Origin: Amphiscolops sp. MND2022 | Lineage: Eukaryota | Length of the DNA: 64,000 nt | Assembly: GCA_964187785.1 (NCBI GenBank) | Contig: OZ076409.1 | Location: forward strand, 17,424,001-17,488,000 | Direction: 5' to 3' | Shown: positions 12,538-27,500 of the stretch, piece after piece | Numbering within the stretch: the first letter of the stretch is position 1 | How the letters are laid out: each line of letters opens with the position of its first letter | Program-made: the position numbers and the translations under genes | Notes under the pieces: generated by a model | Told to the model about the DNA's origin: nothing | The model's input: only the letters and a program-made list of their open reading frames with translations | Database searches by the model: none

Positions 12538-14347
12538 CACTTTGCATCATCGCCGTTTTTTATCACGCAATCACCGCCAGTTAATTCTCCTCATCGTGAA
12601 TGAAATTAACTGCCAACTTCAAGCAAAGTATTTTTGGGAAGTTCAAAATGTCGGCAGTCAAATTTTAAAAATAGAGCTGACTCATGAAAGTTCCAAACTG
12701 CACTACTGTTTGGGGTTAAAATCTCTTGGGCGAAAATCTTTGTTGAAATCTAAAATCAAAGCTTAGGAAATTTCAATACCCTCAGCCCAGTTTCGCAAAA
12801 TACTAAATTACACAGGAAGCAAAATCAAACATAATCCTATGGTACTTCCACTGAAATTTAGGCTGTACGAAATGAAAGCCGATTATTACTGTCTTGTTTT
12901 TCTTTTAAATCCGATTAAGTTCAACTTAAGTCCTACCATAATACATTGGATGGCGTAGTGACTACAGCACGTGGTTTACAAGCAGAAGGTTGTGTGGTCA
13001 AATCCAGTTAATCACCGAATGTGATTGTGTGCAAATTTTGATACTACGTCACTTGTTCATTTTTGAGCCTTGAGCTGACCGCCACCGACTCTGCCCTTCC
13101 TCGTTTGGTTTTCCACGCTGCTATTTTCCCAGGATGGGGTTAAATTTCAAAAAAAAAATAAAACTGGAGATTACTAAAAAGTATCACCGAGATTATTCCT
13201 GCACTTCGCAATTTTCATAGGTTTTGAAGCGTTAAGTAGTCGGCGTTAAGTAGTCAGCGTTAAGTAGTAGCGTTGTTAAGTAGTCGTTAAGTCGTCAGCG
13301 TTAAGTAGTAGTTTTCAGCGGCCATTGGGGTCCTGAAGAATCCCAGATGTGTCGTTTTCACACTGTTTCTGTTTTAACATAGGTTGGCATCTTTTGAAAC
13401 AATCTTTGCATTTAGGGCACTAAAGATGTGACGATAGCTGACTACGTTATCGTAATTTCTTATTGGCGAGGTATTTTTTTGGCTGTTTTTCTAAACATTC
13501 CTGAAAAAACCTAACATCCATGATTCTTGAATTCGGCTGTTTTCTAAATTTGAATTGTTTCTAGTTGGCCCTTTAAGAAAGCGACTTTTATAGTGGTTTC
13601 TCGTCGTGTTTTTCTTTCAATGCGGTCGAAGTTACCACAAACGTGCCGAATGCCAAAATGAGTTTAAGGGTTCTCGTCAAGTAGTCAAAATCATTCAAGG
13701 ACATCTTTCATTTTTAACATATTTATTCATGTAAGATACCATTAAGGTAACTTTTTAATATTTGATTCGATTTCACAACAAAAACTACCAGTGTTGTTTT
13801 GAAAACGCATTCTAAATTATCAGAGGCGTAAATTCTCAACATTGAAGTCGCCAAGTTGACTGTATGGTCATAGAATGAGTGCTAATCAAACTTTGCAAAA
13901 CTTTTGGTAGTTGATTTCTTGCCTTGGTGCTTTTCGAATACAGTGGATCCCGGATATAAGAAACTCGCCTATAAGAAATACCCGCTTATAGTCAATGCGT
14001 ATCTTGGCCCCGACCAGAGCATTTATTTAATTGCGTTAACCATAACGCAATGCTTTACGAAAAAATTGGCCATTTTCATTTATTACGCATTTTTTTTATT
14101 TTAACGCAAAATTGGGCGAATTCTTTCGAAAACCAGCAAAAAGGATACAATTATAAAAATTTGAACTAGCTGTGTTGAACTAGCTGTGTTTACAAAGCCA
14201 GCCATGCGTGTGCTACGGCAGCGTACCTTTAAACGATTTTGATTGGTTAATTGCAAAACTAGGCCACAGCTTATTTATACATCGGCGTAGCGTGCTGCGA
14301 ATGAATGAAACATTGAATTAACGTTAGCTAAACACAAGTGTTTAATT

Positions 14348-14836
14348 GGGGGCTTCCCACGAAGCAGAATATTCACTAAGCCGAAAAAACGAAAGTATTC
14401 ACTAAGCCGAAAAAACGAAAGTATTCACTAAGCCGAAAAAACGAAAGTATTCACTAAGCCGAAAATTACGTAGCACTGTATAATTCTCTGCAATCTAATT
14501 GGCTGACGCGGGCGGACCGGAACGAAGTCCGTTCAGAAATTTTTTTAAAAATGAAATTTTCAATTTCCCCCATTCAGCTATGTTCACATACCCCTAGTGC
14601 CCTAAATGCAGGAGCGAAGCGAAGCGGAGCGACGTGCCATTTGGCCATGCCTCAATGTTGCTACCTGGCGAAGGGAGCGAAGCGACCGAGCCATACAACA
14701 AATATTCTAACCTATTCAAATAAATCAAGTTCCATACATATTGGCTGTAACAGTATACATTTCATTGTATTTTTCGGCTTAGTGAATACTTTCAATTTTT
14801 CGGCTTAGTGAATATTCTGCTTCGTGACACCCCACC
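14348..14836. mobile_element. Foldback MITE with tandem TATTCACTAAGCCGAAAA TIR units, inserted just upstream of the transposase ATG
   Basis: 8-bp TSD GTTTAATT (14340-14347, 14837-14844). GG...CC ends. Inverted CACGAAGCAGAATATTCACTAAGCCG. Confidence 0.85.
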
Positions 14837-14849
14837 GTTTAATTTAAAC

Positions 14850-16790
14850 ATGCCTAAGATTAAAGTCTGCGGTAAAGCGTTTATTAAATCTCTTCCTGGA
14901 GGAACTTCTGTATGGGATTTTCATGAAACCTCTAATTCAATTGTGTGCACCTTATGTTTAACTCGAATCGATTTCATTGCCAGTAATTATTCTTACCGCG
15001 CTAAATCCCATTTTGAAAGTGGGAAGCATATTAAACAGCTTGAGATATCTAAGGCGCGCCAACAACTTTTGTCCTTTAGTTCTTCGACTCCAGAAAATAA
15101 CTTTTTTAAAGAATTAACACGCGCATTTATTGCTTCTAATATTCCTCTATGGAAATTGAATAATGAACCTTTAAAGAAATTTCTCCAAAGCCGGACAGGC
15201 CAAAACATTCCAAATCACACTACCCTGCGAAATAGTTATATTCCTGTGGAATTTGGAAAAACAATGGAAAAAATCAAAGTGGAATTATTTCACAAGGAAA
15301 GCTATATTATGATGGACGAAACTACGGACCTCAATGGGCGTCATATGGTTGGGGTGTTAATGGGAGATCTTTCGAGTTTAAAACCCCCTTTTCTGGTCGA
15401 GTTATCAGAAGTTGAGAAAACGGATAATGTGGTAATAAATCAACTATCTAATTCTAGTTTGATGAAGATCTTCGGAAATAATGTTCCTTACAACCCTGTT
15501 CGTCTGTTTCTCTCGGATGGGGCATCTTACATGCTTAAATCGGCACGCGACCTCAAGCACATGTTTCCTAACCTGCTACACATAACGTGCCTCGGTCATG
15601 GACTTAACCGAGTAGCTGATTATATCAGAGTGAATCATACAAAAGTTGACCATTTTTTGGGTTGGTTTTTAATATAATAAATTTTAAACACATTTTTCAA
15701 ACACATTTAAACACAGCAAAAATGCTCTCAACATTGATTTTAGTTATACCTTACATTTTAGTTATTATTAAAAACCAACAATCTCAGGTCAGGTAACTAC
15801 ACTTTTCAAGAACTGTACCCGAAGGAAGCGCTTATTTATTGAAACGACTGGTATTACACCGTTTCCGCGTTGAGTGAAGCATATCAGATTTTAAGTGAAT
15901 CGTCTCGGCTTTCGTTCCAAATTTTCAGCCAATCACCGGCCACCAAACTAAAAGTGCTTTACAATCAGAATTCAAGTGAACTATATCAGCTTCCAAGTGA
16001 GTTAGCGAATAAGAATCACCAACTACGCTTTCAAATTTAACAAACGCTGACCAAAGAGTGCTGTACATGTACACAAAATCGTATGCGGCATTCGCTTACA
16101 CTTTCATTCAAGCTGCGATTTCGTTCACATTATTTGAGATTTGCTGTAGCAAGCTAATCAATTTCTATTGGTTGTTCATTTAACATCTGATGTGCTTCAT
16201 TTAACGTGGAAACGGTGTAAATTACCCCCCAAGCCATGCAAAACCCGATGGAATACTTGGTTGGAGACTTGCTTTTATTTTGCCGAAAACTATGACAATT
16301 TTGGTCAATTTTGTCAATTCTCAAAGACGAGGAAGATACCGACTTTATTTCAAGTTTAATAGACAATTCTAATGACCCGGTTTTAATTCAGAATTTCATT
16401 TTTATTTCTTCTAATTTTCGACCTTTGGCCGAAGCTGTGACAAAACTACAGTCAAGACAATCCCTCGTTGAAAGTTTGACTATCGTTCAGAAGTTGCGGT
16501 CCGATTTGACTTTAGAGCCATACAAGTCCAAACTGGAAGCAATACTGAAGAAAAATCCAGATTTGCAGAAATTTATTGAGTTTTCAAATGTCTTATCCGG
16601 GAAAACGGTCACAGAATGGCAAAATTATATGAAAGACGCGGAAAAGTTCAAGAATGCGCAAATTGTGTCTGTGGAGATAGAGAGAGTTTTCTCAGCAATG
16701 GGTGATTTTCAGGCTGCTAAACGACAATTTCTATCAGTGTGAAATTTGCGACAATACAGTGTCATTTATTGGTATTTAAATGTTGTCAAT
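14850..16790 (+). pseudogene. hAT transposase (CGGBP1/DUF659-like)
   Basis: N-terminal C..C...H....H zinc finger, MDETTD, SDGASYM, CLGHGLN, TRWNTW, SVEIERVFS. Probable intron ~15661-15787. MITE insertion 15857-16217, frameshift near 16310, stop at 16740. Confidence 0.88.
15857..16217. mobile_element. TA-targeting MITE inside the hAT transposase
   Basis: ~34-bp imperfect TIR CACCGTTTCC.CGTT...TGAAGCA.ATCAGAT. Removing it plus one TA restores in-frame TGIKLPPKPCKTRW. Confidence 0.88.
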
Positions 16791-17096
16791 TCCTCTGATT
16801 TAATTCAATTTCAACTCAATTTTAAACGCAATTTTTCTCAGTTCAATGCGCAATTTTTTACGCACTTTCAGGCATTTTTAACGCAATAAAATAGAGGCTC
16901 TGGCCCCGACTAGCAATTTCATTCCTTTTAAAACCCGGATATAAGAAAGTTCGATTATATGAAACAACAATAGCGTTCCCCTGACGTTGATTATATCCGG
17001 GATCCACTGTAGTAGTTATACGGTACTTACATGCAACTGATCTGTTGAAGTCTTATTTATGTATGAGACCGTTGATTGTTTCCATATATTTCGTAG

Positions 17097-19573
<2,477 letters not shown>

Positions 19574-19740
19574 TTTCCAAAAGTGGTGCTTCTTTTTATT
19601 TATAGTTGAGCGATTTGTTGATGTGCAAAGATTTTAAACAAAATAAATTACCAAACCTCGAAAGGCAACATCACAAATAATGAGTTTTTACTTGAAAATG
19701 AAATTCAACTAAAATGAACATGGAAGTTTAGACTGAGACA

Positions 19741-22700
19741 TGTAACTTTTCGAGACATTGTAAGTCTTTCCATTCGAACTCACAACTGAGATGATCTCTG
19801 TTGAAGCGTAGCAAGGCACTGTCACAGAAATTTCAAGTACAAGACTACTTTGAGAATTCAAACAAGAAGAGAAATTAGCGAAGAACTCGTAACGTAGATC
19901 ATTATTGGGACTTATACTTGTTATAAAACAACAACAACCATAGCACTGAGCACTTCACAACCTGGCGCGACCAGTGAAGCAAAATTTTAGTCGACGCATT
20001 TAAACCATTCATCGTTGTCTACTCAGTTAAAGATACTAGCGCACAAGCTACTATCACCACTAGAAAATGGATCACCTCCAATGGATTTCCTCAGAAGATA
20101 ATTCACGATAACGGAACAGCATTTATCAACAGCGACTTCATCAACTGGCTCAAAGAATTTGGAATAACTCTTGCTCCGCGAACCACATACTCCCCATGGA
20201 CTAACACAAAAGTAGAAGTACAAAACCAGCAGCTTACACGAGACTGGAGAAATTTTACGAATCATGTAGCAATTTGTCAGAACTAGCACCAAAATTTGCA
20301 TTCGATCATAACACAAGTATAAATTACACGACCGGATTTACTCCTTATGAAATAGTATTTAGGACCAAACCACAAGTTCCTATGACGTTAAAACTCGGAC
20401 TAATCAGAGTCAAAAACAATCAATGCAAATCCGATTACTACGATGGACTAAAACCTCGTAAACACGGTGAAAACTGGCTACCGAACAAATTCTTGGACCG
20501 ATTGCTCAGACCGCAACTTTCAGACGAACTCACTGCTTGTCATAACGACTTCAAACGATTCTACTAGTCAACCTATCATTGATGTCATCAAATCACTTCC
20601 AAAGCACACGAATACCGGAACCGATTCAAACTCACATGACCGATCAACATCGGACAAAAAGTGTTCCCAGCAAGTCACACTACCGACTTGAGCAGATCAC
20701 AGAAGTCCAAACACCTACGCGTTGGTCCTTTCTGTCGTGTGCAGCTCTTGGAAAGTAAAAACAAGAAACTAACTGAGAAAAACCCAAAAGACTTTGTATA
20801 TCTTTGTTTGAAAACTTCATGCATTTAATTGTATAACAAACGCAGTTTAACTTATACTCTTCTATTCTCCCCTCCAGCGCTGAACTCTGAACACGCTCGA
20901 ACGTATTCATCCCCCATTGTTCTGGGACACTACACATATTCCATATTTGGTCATACAACATGACGTCAAATGACGTTATTTTCTCGTGGACGCTTCGTCT
21001 ACGAAATACACACGCGAAATGATCTCGTTTGTCAGATCATATGACTTGACGTCATATTACGTCATGCTCGTCAGCCAATCACGATTGTGATTGAATTTTA
21101 TTGGTTGACGAAGCAGTCAAATTTAGTATAAATACGGACCAAATTTTCAAAACTCAGAGCTCTTCCGTTGGGGAAATACAAACTTGATAAATCATTCATC
21201 TTCTACTCCACAATCTTCATCCACGGGTTCAATCCCTGTCATCAGCATTTGTTAGTTGAACCTTTTCAATTTTTTTTGGAGCTTTATATTTCTGAGACCT
21301 TTTCTTAACTCTAAACTTATTTTGTTCTAGTACTTTTTGCCTTACTTTTCATTTTTCTCTGAGTCGTTTTCTTAACTTCAACTCTTAAATTCTTACAAGT
21401 CTTGGCTCAGTCTTTTCTTAGACGATTTTCCAAACTGCTTCCAAGTTAAAGCAATTTTAAACTTTTTTCTCACTGCTTTCAAGTAAAAGCAAATTAAGTC
21501 TTAGTGTATTTCTAATCTAATCAAATCCAAGCCTGCTCTGGAGTTAGAGCAATTCCTCTCTTACGTTGGAGTTTCAATTGACTTTTGACTTCGGACAGAA
21601 GCTATTATACCGTCTTTGTTTAACGAAGATTGAATAGTCCTTGCTTTATAGTGGACTCTAAACCAAAGTCTGGTTATACTCACTGACTCTAAACTAAGAA
21701 CCACAGCCTCAGCTGGGTTTCAAGAAACTTAGATAAACTAAGCTTTTGTTTGACTCTTCAAGTCGAACTGTTCTCAACTTGAGACAAAGAGTAGCCGTAT
21801 AGCACTCTATAAAACCAGTACAACATTCTGTTGTCCTTTAATCAAAGAATAGCGCTCCGCTATCGTTCCCAGTCTGTGACAGTCGGTGGACTATAAACAC
21901 CGCGCTAGCTATTGCTGCGCCTAAAAAAGGGGCCTAACGTCTGACTTGGTGAAAATGAAAAAAATACCTAATTAACCTTATAACTCATTTCTTAGTAACT
22001 TAACTTGTATTTCCTAAAGATTGATATAAAACCAGATTTAGATATAATCTTTTTATTTAGTTTTATTTGTGCACTTTGCTCTTGTACGAATGACATTTAT
22101 TATAACTTTGATATAAATAAAGAAAGGTTCAATTTACATATTCTTGGACCAAAACACTTTTTCCCGGGCCGTAGAAATGAAGTCCTTCCATCCGAACTCA
22201 CACCTGAGACGACCTTCGTTGAAGTGTGGGAAGGCACAGTCGCGAAAACTTTAAGTACGAGACTACTTTGAGATTTCAAACGAGAAGGATAATAAGTGAA
22301 GAACTCGTAACAAAGACCAAATTGATACTTATAATTTTTCTTATCAACCCGAACCTGCACACAAAACTTCACACAATTCACAGTAATGAATCAAATAACG
22401 AATAGTACATACAAAATTCAAGATGACGCTAATCCAGATAACGTCAAAGTTACTCATCGTAATTACCTGATTCAATGTTTTACTCAAGAGAAAAGACTCC
22501 CTTCTTTAATCACTAACTACGCACCTATAACAGAAAATAGTCATTTCCACAAGCATTCAGTGCAGTCACAAATTGACTTCTGCAATTCCGATGAACAAAG
22601 ACTACCTCTAGACGAAAGGCTTTTATCATATCTCCACTAAATGGTAAAAGCTACAATTTTCAAGAAATATGCCTTAGTCTTGCTACTCTGTCGCCTAACG

Positions 22701-22870
22701 CTGATTCGGGAATTCAATCCCCTTCTACGCCTACAAATCATGATCACAATTGTCAAAATTTAACAATTTCATCGTTGCCACCATTACAAACTCCTATACT
22801 TCCTATAACTCCTATGCCTATTCGTTTTCCTACTTTTTTGAGGACAACGCCGCAATTCACGAAACTTGAA
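19741..22870 (+). mobile_element. Degraded, internally deleted Gypsy-like LTR retrotransposon (short LTR 19741-19959, PBS-like TGGCGCGACC at 19963, integrase remnants)
   Basis: IHDNGTAFINSDF, HNTSINYTTGFTPYEIVF and GPF|TV...TY motifs with frameshifts. Confidence 0.7.
20733..22375 (+). mobile_element. Probable ~1.64-kb solo LTR
   Basis: TG...CA ends with flanks TTTC/ATTC. Splits the integrase GPF|TV motif precisely. TATAAATA at ~21127 and AATAAA at ~22116. Confidence 0.65.
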
Positions 22871-24515
22871 TAAAATTGATCTGGCTCTGGTATAACTAAT
22901 TTTTATTTAAATGCGTTTTTTGAAAAGTTAAAATCTAGAAAAAGTTGTGCAAAACACAACACTAAATATTCCAACTTATTTATTTGTTTGTTTTACGAAC
23001 AGTGATATTGTGTCCTTCTTTATATGCGTTTGAGCTTTAAGCTGGGCCTGGGTTCATGAGGTTACAGGCTGAGGTTACAGTTGATAGTAAGGAGTAACAT
23101 AAAACGAATTTTTCCATGACGACAATGTTTTTCTTCGTATATTGTAAACGCGTGTGTTTGTGTAAACGCGTGTGTTTGGTATTGAAGATGAAGCGATATA
23201 CGGTAGAGCAAATGAATACCGGTTCTCATTTTTCGTAGCCTTCATTGCACGCGTTTTTCAGTAATGAAAAGCTAGATCGCTCAATTATATCAGATTTCGG
23301 TATACCTCTATGGTTTATTTTTTCGGTTACCAATTAAATGACGCAATGTTTGAATTACAATTTCTGTCATATTTAAAACCAATCTTGTATTTCTTTGTAA
23401 TGTCGGTTTAAGTTGCTATATCCGCGAATAAATTATTTAAAACTAATCTTTTGACTGTGACTGTGTTCCCCAAGTTGTTCGTTCATTTGTAAGCAACCCC
23501 CAGTGATGTGTTATTTGTATTTGGAACACAAAATTGTTTTTTTTAATCTAATTCAAGAAGTTGTTCTCCCAATTTAAATAACTGTTCGGAATTTGAACGT
23601 CGAAATATAATCCGAGATAAGACTTGAGTTCCTAAATTTTCGCAACTGTTCGCTATTTTGCAAGGTTTGATGGAATCGCAATGAATATTTTCTAAAAGTT
23701 ACCGCACTGTATTTTGGCGTTGGTGAAATAAAAGACACCTTGAGTATACGTTTTGCCTAATTTTGGAGATCATTTAATGAAAATGTTAATGAAGAATGAG
23801 AAGTTATAGGTGTGCGTAAATTTCTGGTTTCCTACCAGACATGACGTGATGAAAAATTATGTCGCTTAAAATTTCATTTCCGAAGCTAGCAACCCATATC
23901 CTCAGATTGTGAAAATCAGTGCCAAATCCCAATAACAGAATAACAAGTCAATTTTGTTATTCAACATAGTCAATTTTGTTGCAAATCTAAATTAAGTTGT
24001 CAACTCTGAATCTCATTATCAATGTCACCCAAGTATAAAAACACTATAAAAACTGTCTCCAAACCATGTTCGTAATGTTTTTTTTTTTCATTTTCAGAAA
24101 TTACGGTAGAAAAGACAAGCAATCCGATCCCTATCTCAAATGTTTTGCTCAACGTTTTCATACATTTTTCAACTATTACAAAGAATTTGGCTGTAATTCT
24201 GTTGACCATGGTTTAGACTCCAGCATTCAGGCACACAAGTTCACGAAGTTTACAATCGAGCTAACTTACAAACTAAAGTAAAGGATTCACATCGTGTATT
24301 CAAATTGATGATTCAAATTTTAAACTGAATTGTCCGCTGTCATAGATTTAAATGTACAAAAAGGGGTTTGGAAAGGTCTTTGTATAGGGGATTCCGGGCT
24401 GGTGGATTAAACGTATTTCTTCGAACATAGAATGGGTCAAAATAAATAATTCGTTCTTTCAAGTCTCTCACAAATGAATTTAAAAGCCGCGGCTTGTATT
24501 CGAATGAGTATCACA

Positions 24516-27500
24516 CTAATGTAGCAACATCTCCCTTCGCATTTTGTCCCTGCGTTTCTCCTGCTTTTCCATGTTGCGTTTGTTGACCTCTTTCCTCAGG
24601 TCGTCCACAGTCTGTATAGTCTCGTGCAACTTGCCACAGTTGATCTCCCTGTTTTTGATCACCCCGAAGGTGACGTCCCACGGGGTCTTGTCTTTCTCCT
24701 GCGTGTCCAGAATTGTCTACACGCCCCCAAAAGAAATGTTCAGGTTTGATTTTTTTAAACAGACCAAGAAAGTCAATTTGGAATCTTTTGTCTGTTCTGT
24801 TAGTATTGGCACTTCTAACTTTTTCAAAACAAATCTAGGTTACTTCAATATTACCATTCCTAGTTTCAAATTAGTATACTACATAAGTTTAGCGATAGTA
24901 AGTATAGGCTATTCATTTCATGGCAATTTAGTATTTTCAGACACAAATTATTTCCATAACTTCCCGAGTACGGCTACTTGGCATAGCAAACGAGTGCGTG
25001 ACTGTAAAATAAGAATGCTTGGGTTCGAATCCCAGGATGGACAATTTGTTTCTGATTTTCGCGAAATGAAACCCCTTCAGGTTTTTTCCGGTTCTGTGCG
25101 ACTTTTCAAAAAAGTTTTATTACTCCCTTTACTTTTTGAAAAAAGTATGTTTCGATTGCAGGAAAAAGCGGTTTTCGAGTCTCAAGTTTACCTCTTCGGA
25201 TATTTTTGACATTGTATTATATTTGAAATGTTTCACAATTGTTGTCCCTTGCATATTTAAAACACTTTGCTCTTTTTGAACCTTGAGCGAGGCGCCGATT
25301 TCGGCCGTTCCCGGCTTTTTTTTAATTAGTTGAGTGAAATGATTAATGAACATTCCTGCACACAGTATGCTTCTAGTATCTCCAAAGAACTGATCATGCT
25401 TTCCTCCGAGGGAGTCTTGGGAGGCACCGGCTTTTTCCTGCCCCTCGTTATGAAGTAGAGCCACAGCCCAAATGTCTCCACTATCGAGATTGGTGGCGGA
25501 AGAAAGGTCTTACTCTCAAAGTCTTTCATCAACCAGTACATTTCTGTAACAAGAGGTTTGAAAATGATTTTTCATAACAGTCATAGACTAACACATTGCG
25601 GTGACCAATGCTAGAGAATAAAAGTAGATTCTGGGTATTCGCTTTGCTATTTTTGTTACTGGAACAGATTAACAAAAGGTCAAAGTGTTCACCTTGGTCT
25701 TTGTTTCCTTCTCATTTGAAGGGAAGTATTCCTGACTCACTTGGGCACGGTTAATTGGGCAAAAAAAGAACATCAACCATATTCTAAGTATCCGCTAGAG
25801 ATAATTCTAATGAGTTGCCAATCCAACTAACTGAAACTGCCTATTGAAAAACTAAGTTTGGAAATGATGGAAAAACGATAAAATACTCTTGAATCAAGTC
25901 ATTGAGCTGAGTAAGAAACAAGCAAAGTTTTATCTCGAACGTTTGAATAGAGAGCTCCGGCTGGTAATGAAGCGCCCGACTTAGCATTTGAAAGAAACTT
26001 CTTGACTCGATAGATTTGTGGGTATCTGTTACATGAAGATTATAAATGGCGCTCTCCAACAATTTCAAACGACGCAACATGAGATTCAAGATTCCCTACT
26101 CTTCGAAAGACGTGAGTTCTTTTTGGATCCAATCATGTATTCCTTAGCATTCCGTGATTTTCGCTTCTGCGATAAGCAAGTACCTGTTTTCCACTCTATG
26201 TCGGCCTTCTGCACGATCTCGTTGAAGATGCCCCCGTAGATAGCGACGAGCAGGTTGAGCATGAGGGCGTTGCCAATCACGACGAAGAAGAAGCAGGACC
26301 AGACGGTGACACGCTGGTTGCGGCCACTGTACGTCCACGTGAGAAATTGGTTGCCCAGAGACATCAAGTACGGTCGGATGAAAATCCACGACTTCTTCGT
26401 GTAGAACGGTGCTGCAGCAATTGAATCAAAATCATCGATATTATCATAATTAATGAATTTAGTGGGTTTTTTCACAAGGGGTTTCCCCTCAAAGATCAGT
26501 CAGAGTCTATTCAGTTTCTGATAATGTTGCGAAAGGAAAAACCTTTTTTGCGAAAATATCGCAAAAAGGAAACTTCGCAAGTGTTGAATCATATCAAAAA
26601 TCTTACCTGACGTGTTGCTTTCCTTAATGACATGTAGAGCTTTAAATACAGGGGTCCGCACTACTGTCCGAACCCAAAAATACAAACCCCCTCTGCTTAA
26701 ACCTATGAAAATTGCCACCACGTCCCGTCAAAGTACAAGGCAGTAACTAAGAGTTCTACGGGATCAGAACCCCAAAATATAGGAAAACTTTAAGCGAAGT
26801 CTGGGTTCTTTCATTGTTTTGTAAATTTCGAGCGAGTCTAAAAATTAGCTTGGCTATCGTGATTCTCCTGATTTAGACCCCTGCTTTTTGAAAAAAATTC
26901 AATGATACATTAGTAATTGCGTTTTACAGAATTTTTGGAAATCTAGATTTGAAAAGTGTTACGCGGCGCGGGATGTCCTGGAGTCACATAATCGTAGTCG
27001 TAGTAGTAATCGTAGTCATAATCATTGGTGTCACTCCCGTTCACTGTCACACTCATGGGTGCCCCGTTAGTGCCTGCACGCGCTGTCTGGTTGCTGTTGT
27101 TTCTCACCGCACTAGAGGAGAGTGCGTGGGATGTTCAAAATTGCCTCTGGTTTATTTTCTACCAAAGTGTCATACTTGTTCGTATGAATTGGGAAGAAAA
27201 TGTCTCGCTCAAAAAACACTTGTTGTGATCAAATTTCAAAGACTCTGTTTTTTCGAGAACCCAAGAATGGTTTTTGTGCTTTATTTTTGGAAAACATGTC
27301 TCAAGACAAACTACTTTTGAATCGTTTGGTTAAATTTGGCGTTCCTAATATTTTATTGAGTGTTCGAAGTGAAATTTGGCAATAATATACAAAATTTTCC
27401 CAACACAATTTGGTGGTGCTGGTAATTTTGAACATCCCTGTTGGGAGCGTATGAGTGATGCTGAGAGTAAGATTGGGGCTCCGGGACGTTGACTGCGAAT

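Larger units (their letters stand above)
14015..16902 (+). mobile_element. hAT DNA transposon, full length but inactivated
   Basis: Perfect 8-bp TSD GCCCCGAC (14007-14014, 16903-16910). 25-bp TIR CAGAGC.T.TATTT.ATTGCGTTAA, 22/25 identical. Confidence 0.92.
13941..17009. mobile_element. Tc1/mariner-pogo-type MITE (~173 bp when empty) split by a hAT insertion
   Basis: Perfect 19-bp TIR CAGTGGATCCCGGATATAA, with TA on both sides. Confidence 0.9.

Noticed and set aside
14808..14849. ORF-track start of the transposase at 14808
   Set aside because: It lies within the MITE TIR. The real ATG is more likely 14850.
24544..25209. 221-aa plus-strand ORF and other ORFs antisense to channel exons (e.g. 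53499-54092, 45708-46217)
   Set aside because: These are antisense shadows of real exons running into intron or repeat sequence.
26964..26980. Possible fifth non-canonical donor CAG|GACATC
   Set aside because: An in-phase GTAACA donor lies 15 nt further on, and no matching inverted repeat was found near the acceptor.
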